Of a stretch of DNA of 42,764 nt, positions 41,471-42,764 are shown piece by piece. Below the pieces are notes generated by a model that ran no database searches, had not been told where the DNA came from, and saw only the letters and a list, made by a program, of their open reading frames with translations. The position numbers were made by a program, and so were the translations under genes. Origin of the DNA: Cytophagales bacterium (GTDB lineage Bacteria > Bacteroidota > Bacteroidia > Cytophagales > Microscillaceae); NCBI GenBank assembly GCA_038248005.1, contig JBBRUH010000001.1, positions 1-42,764 on the forward strand, given 5' to 3'. Every line of letters begins with the position of its first letter. Positions within the stretch are counted from its first letter, which is position 1.

Positions 41471-41511
41471 TTAGTGAGTTATAAGTTTATAATAATTTGA
41501 TAATGAGTATC
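41471..41511 (+). repeat. Repeat module 1 copy not adjacent to a stop codon
   Basis: ttagtgagttataagtttataataatttgataatgagtatc matches 39481-39522. Confidence 0.55.
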
Positions 41512-41629
41512 TTACATAGACTAACTTGTCGCTTTATTTAACTTTTGTTCCTTATCTATCTTTTTTAGGAGTACTTTCAAAACAAATAACCAATATCTCA
41601 CTAAGCTCTCAATCTTAAAGCATATTCAC

Positions 41630-42199
41630 TTGGAAACACTCAATATTCAAACCCAACGCCTTCAAATCAGAAATTTAAAAACCTCTGATGTAGATAATTT
41701 TTTTGTATATCGCTCCAATCCAGCCGTTACTGAGTATCAGGGCTTTGATGTGATGAGCCTTGAGCAATCTGCCGATTTTATAGCTTCACAAAAAGAAAAA
41801 CTCTTTGGTAAACCTACCGAATGGGTGCAATATGGGCTTGAAAACTTAGCCACAAATACAATTATAGGCGACTGTGCCATCAAACTTCATGAAGACCCTA
41901 GAATAGCTTCCATAGGAATTAGCATCTCACATTTATACCAAAAGCAAGGCTTTGCAAAGGAAGCATTGCAAGGAATTTTAGATTTTTTATTTTACCAAAA
42001 AAAGATTCATAGAGTAGAAGAAATCGTAGATGCAGATAACATAGCCTCTATTCAGCTACTCAAAAGTCTCGGTTTCAGGTTAGAGGGGCATTTTGTGGAG
42101 AATATTTTTTTTAAAGGAAAATGGGGTAGTGAATTTCAGTATGCAATACTCAGACGTGAATGGGTAGATGAACCTTCTAGTTTGGATAAGAACTCTTGA
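41630..42199 (+). CDS. GNAT-family N-acetyltransferase (RimJ/RimL-like)
   Basis: TQRLQIRNLKTSD N-terminus, Q/RxxGxG/A-like YQKQGFAKEAL, and C-terminal GFRLEGHF...EFQYAILRREW. It apparently starts at TTG (41630), because there is no in-frame ATG near the N-terminus. Confidence 0.8.
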   Translation: METLNIQTQRLQIRNLKTSDVDNFFVYRSNPAVTEYQGFDVMSLEQSADFIASQKEKLFGKPTEWVQYGLENLATNTIIGDCAIKLHEDPRIASIGISISHLYQKQGFAKEALQGILDFLFYQKKIHRVEEIVDADNIASIQLLKSLGFRLEGHFVENIFFKGKWGSEFQYAILRREWVDEPSSLDKNS

Positions 42200-42223
42200 G
42201 TCTGTACTTTTGAAATAAATGCC

Positions 42224-42247
42224 GATGCAATGGTCTTTGCTTGCATC
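42224..42247. repeat. Degenerate inverted copy of the TGCAAGCG-AAGA-CGCTTGCA hairpin
   Basis: gatgcaa tggtctttgc ttgcatc. Compare the reverse complement of 41289-41310, gtgcaagcgtcttcgcttgcac. It lies 25 nt after the GNAT stop. Confidence 0.45.
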
Positions 42248-42298
42248 ACTACAAATAAAAGCTGAACAAGATATTTATCTAAAAGAAAGATACTCAAA

Positions 42299-42619
42299 AT
42301 GAAAAACTCTTTTATGAAGGAAAAGATAATTTTAGGAATCATCATGGGGCTGATTTGGCTTCCTATTTTTTTCCTTTTTATTCAAAATTCTTTCTCAAAA
42401 CCTGACTTTACGCCCAAAAGAGAATTGGTAAGTCGGTTTTTATTGACAGATTACTGCTTTTCTACCGAATCTAGGCATACACGACACCTTAACTTTCCTG
42501 AATTAATTGCCCCTTTTCAAGATTTACCAGGAGGACACGATCATTTTCCGTCTTCTTCTTTTCTTTGGGCAAATCCTCAAAGATTTCAACCTGTCTTTAT
42601 AGGAGATGATGAGCAATAA
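42299..42619 (+). CDS. Hypothetical small membrane-anchored protein
   Basis: 106-aa ORF with one N-terminal TM helix (IILGIIMGLIWLPIFFLFI). No family recognised, so coding status is uncertain. Confidence 0.35.
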   Translation: MKNSFMKEKIILGIIMGLIWLPIFFLFIQNSFSKPDFTPKRELVSRFLLTDYCFSTESRHTRHLNFPELIAPFQDLPGGHDHFPSSSFLWANPQRFQPVFIGDDEQ

Positions 42620-42719
42620 AATAATTAGCTTCATTTTGTCACAGAATAGCAGCATTTAGATAAAAACCAGCCTGAAACCTTTTATATTTAACAGAAGTGT
42701 TTTACTTTTAAAGTGGAAA

Positions 42720-42760
42720 TAAACGCAAGTTTTTAAGAGAAAAACATGAACTTGCGTTTA
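42720..42760. other. 12-bp perfect inverted repeat at the window edge
   Basis: taaacgcaagtt (42720-42731) / aacttgcgttta (42749-42760) with a 17-nt loop. The window ends 4 nt later, so its context is unknown. Confidence 0.35.
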
Positions 42761-42764
42761 TACA

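Overview
AT-rich chromosomal segment, most consistent with a Bacteroidota (Cytophagales-like) genome. Supporting signs are T9SS-type C-terminal sorting tails, a TonB-dependent receptor, TAnnTTTG-type -7 boxes and many TPR/PP2C signalling proteins. All domain calls come from reading motifs by eye; no searches were run. I support about 32 protein-coding genes and found no rRNA, tRNA, CRISPR array, integrase, transposase or prophage block. Housekeeping genes are cysQ, an ABC-2 exporter permease, lgt, aspC, a heptose-7-P kinase, a TrkH-family transporter, a UbiA prenyltransferase, a SerC-like aminotransferase, MarC, a GNAT and a GtrA/GT87 pair. They are interleaved with an unusual density of single-pass envelope-spanning signalling proteins. 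Two are paralogous TPR-TM-PP2C phosphatases, one placed 7 nt behind a TonB-dependent receptor. Others are a GAF-PAS histidine kinase with two tandem kinase cores (the second lacks the phospho-His), a membrane-anchored atypical Ser/Thr kinase, and a CarH/LitR-type B12 photoreceptor regulator next to a CruF-like carotenoid gene. The best candidate for an undescribed system is the same-strand string at 33947-25703. It starts with an effector-less nSTAND-type NTPase that has one TM helix, a long K/A/E coiled coil and a WD40 propeller predicted to lie outside the cytoplasm. It continues with an outer-membrane beta-barrel carrying a helical N-domain, an M23/LysM peptidoglycan peptidase, and a large lamin-tail-domain surface protein with a T9SS-like tail. 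The non-coding DNA is also structured. There is a dispersed family of hairpins with an invariant GAAGAC/GTCTTC apex, modular repeats that begin 5-10 nt after stop codons, and a nested inverted-repeat element inside a decayed MNT-HEPN toxin-antitoxin remnant.
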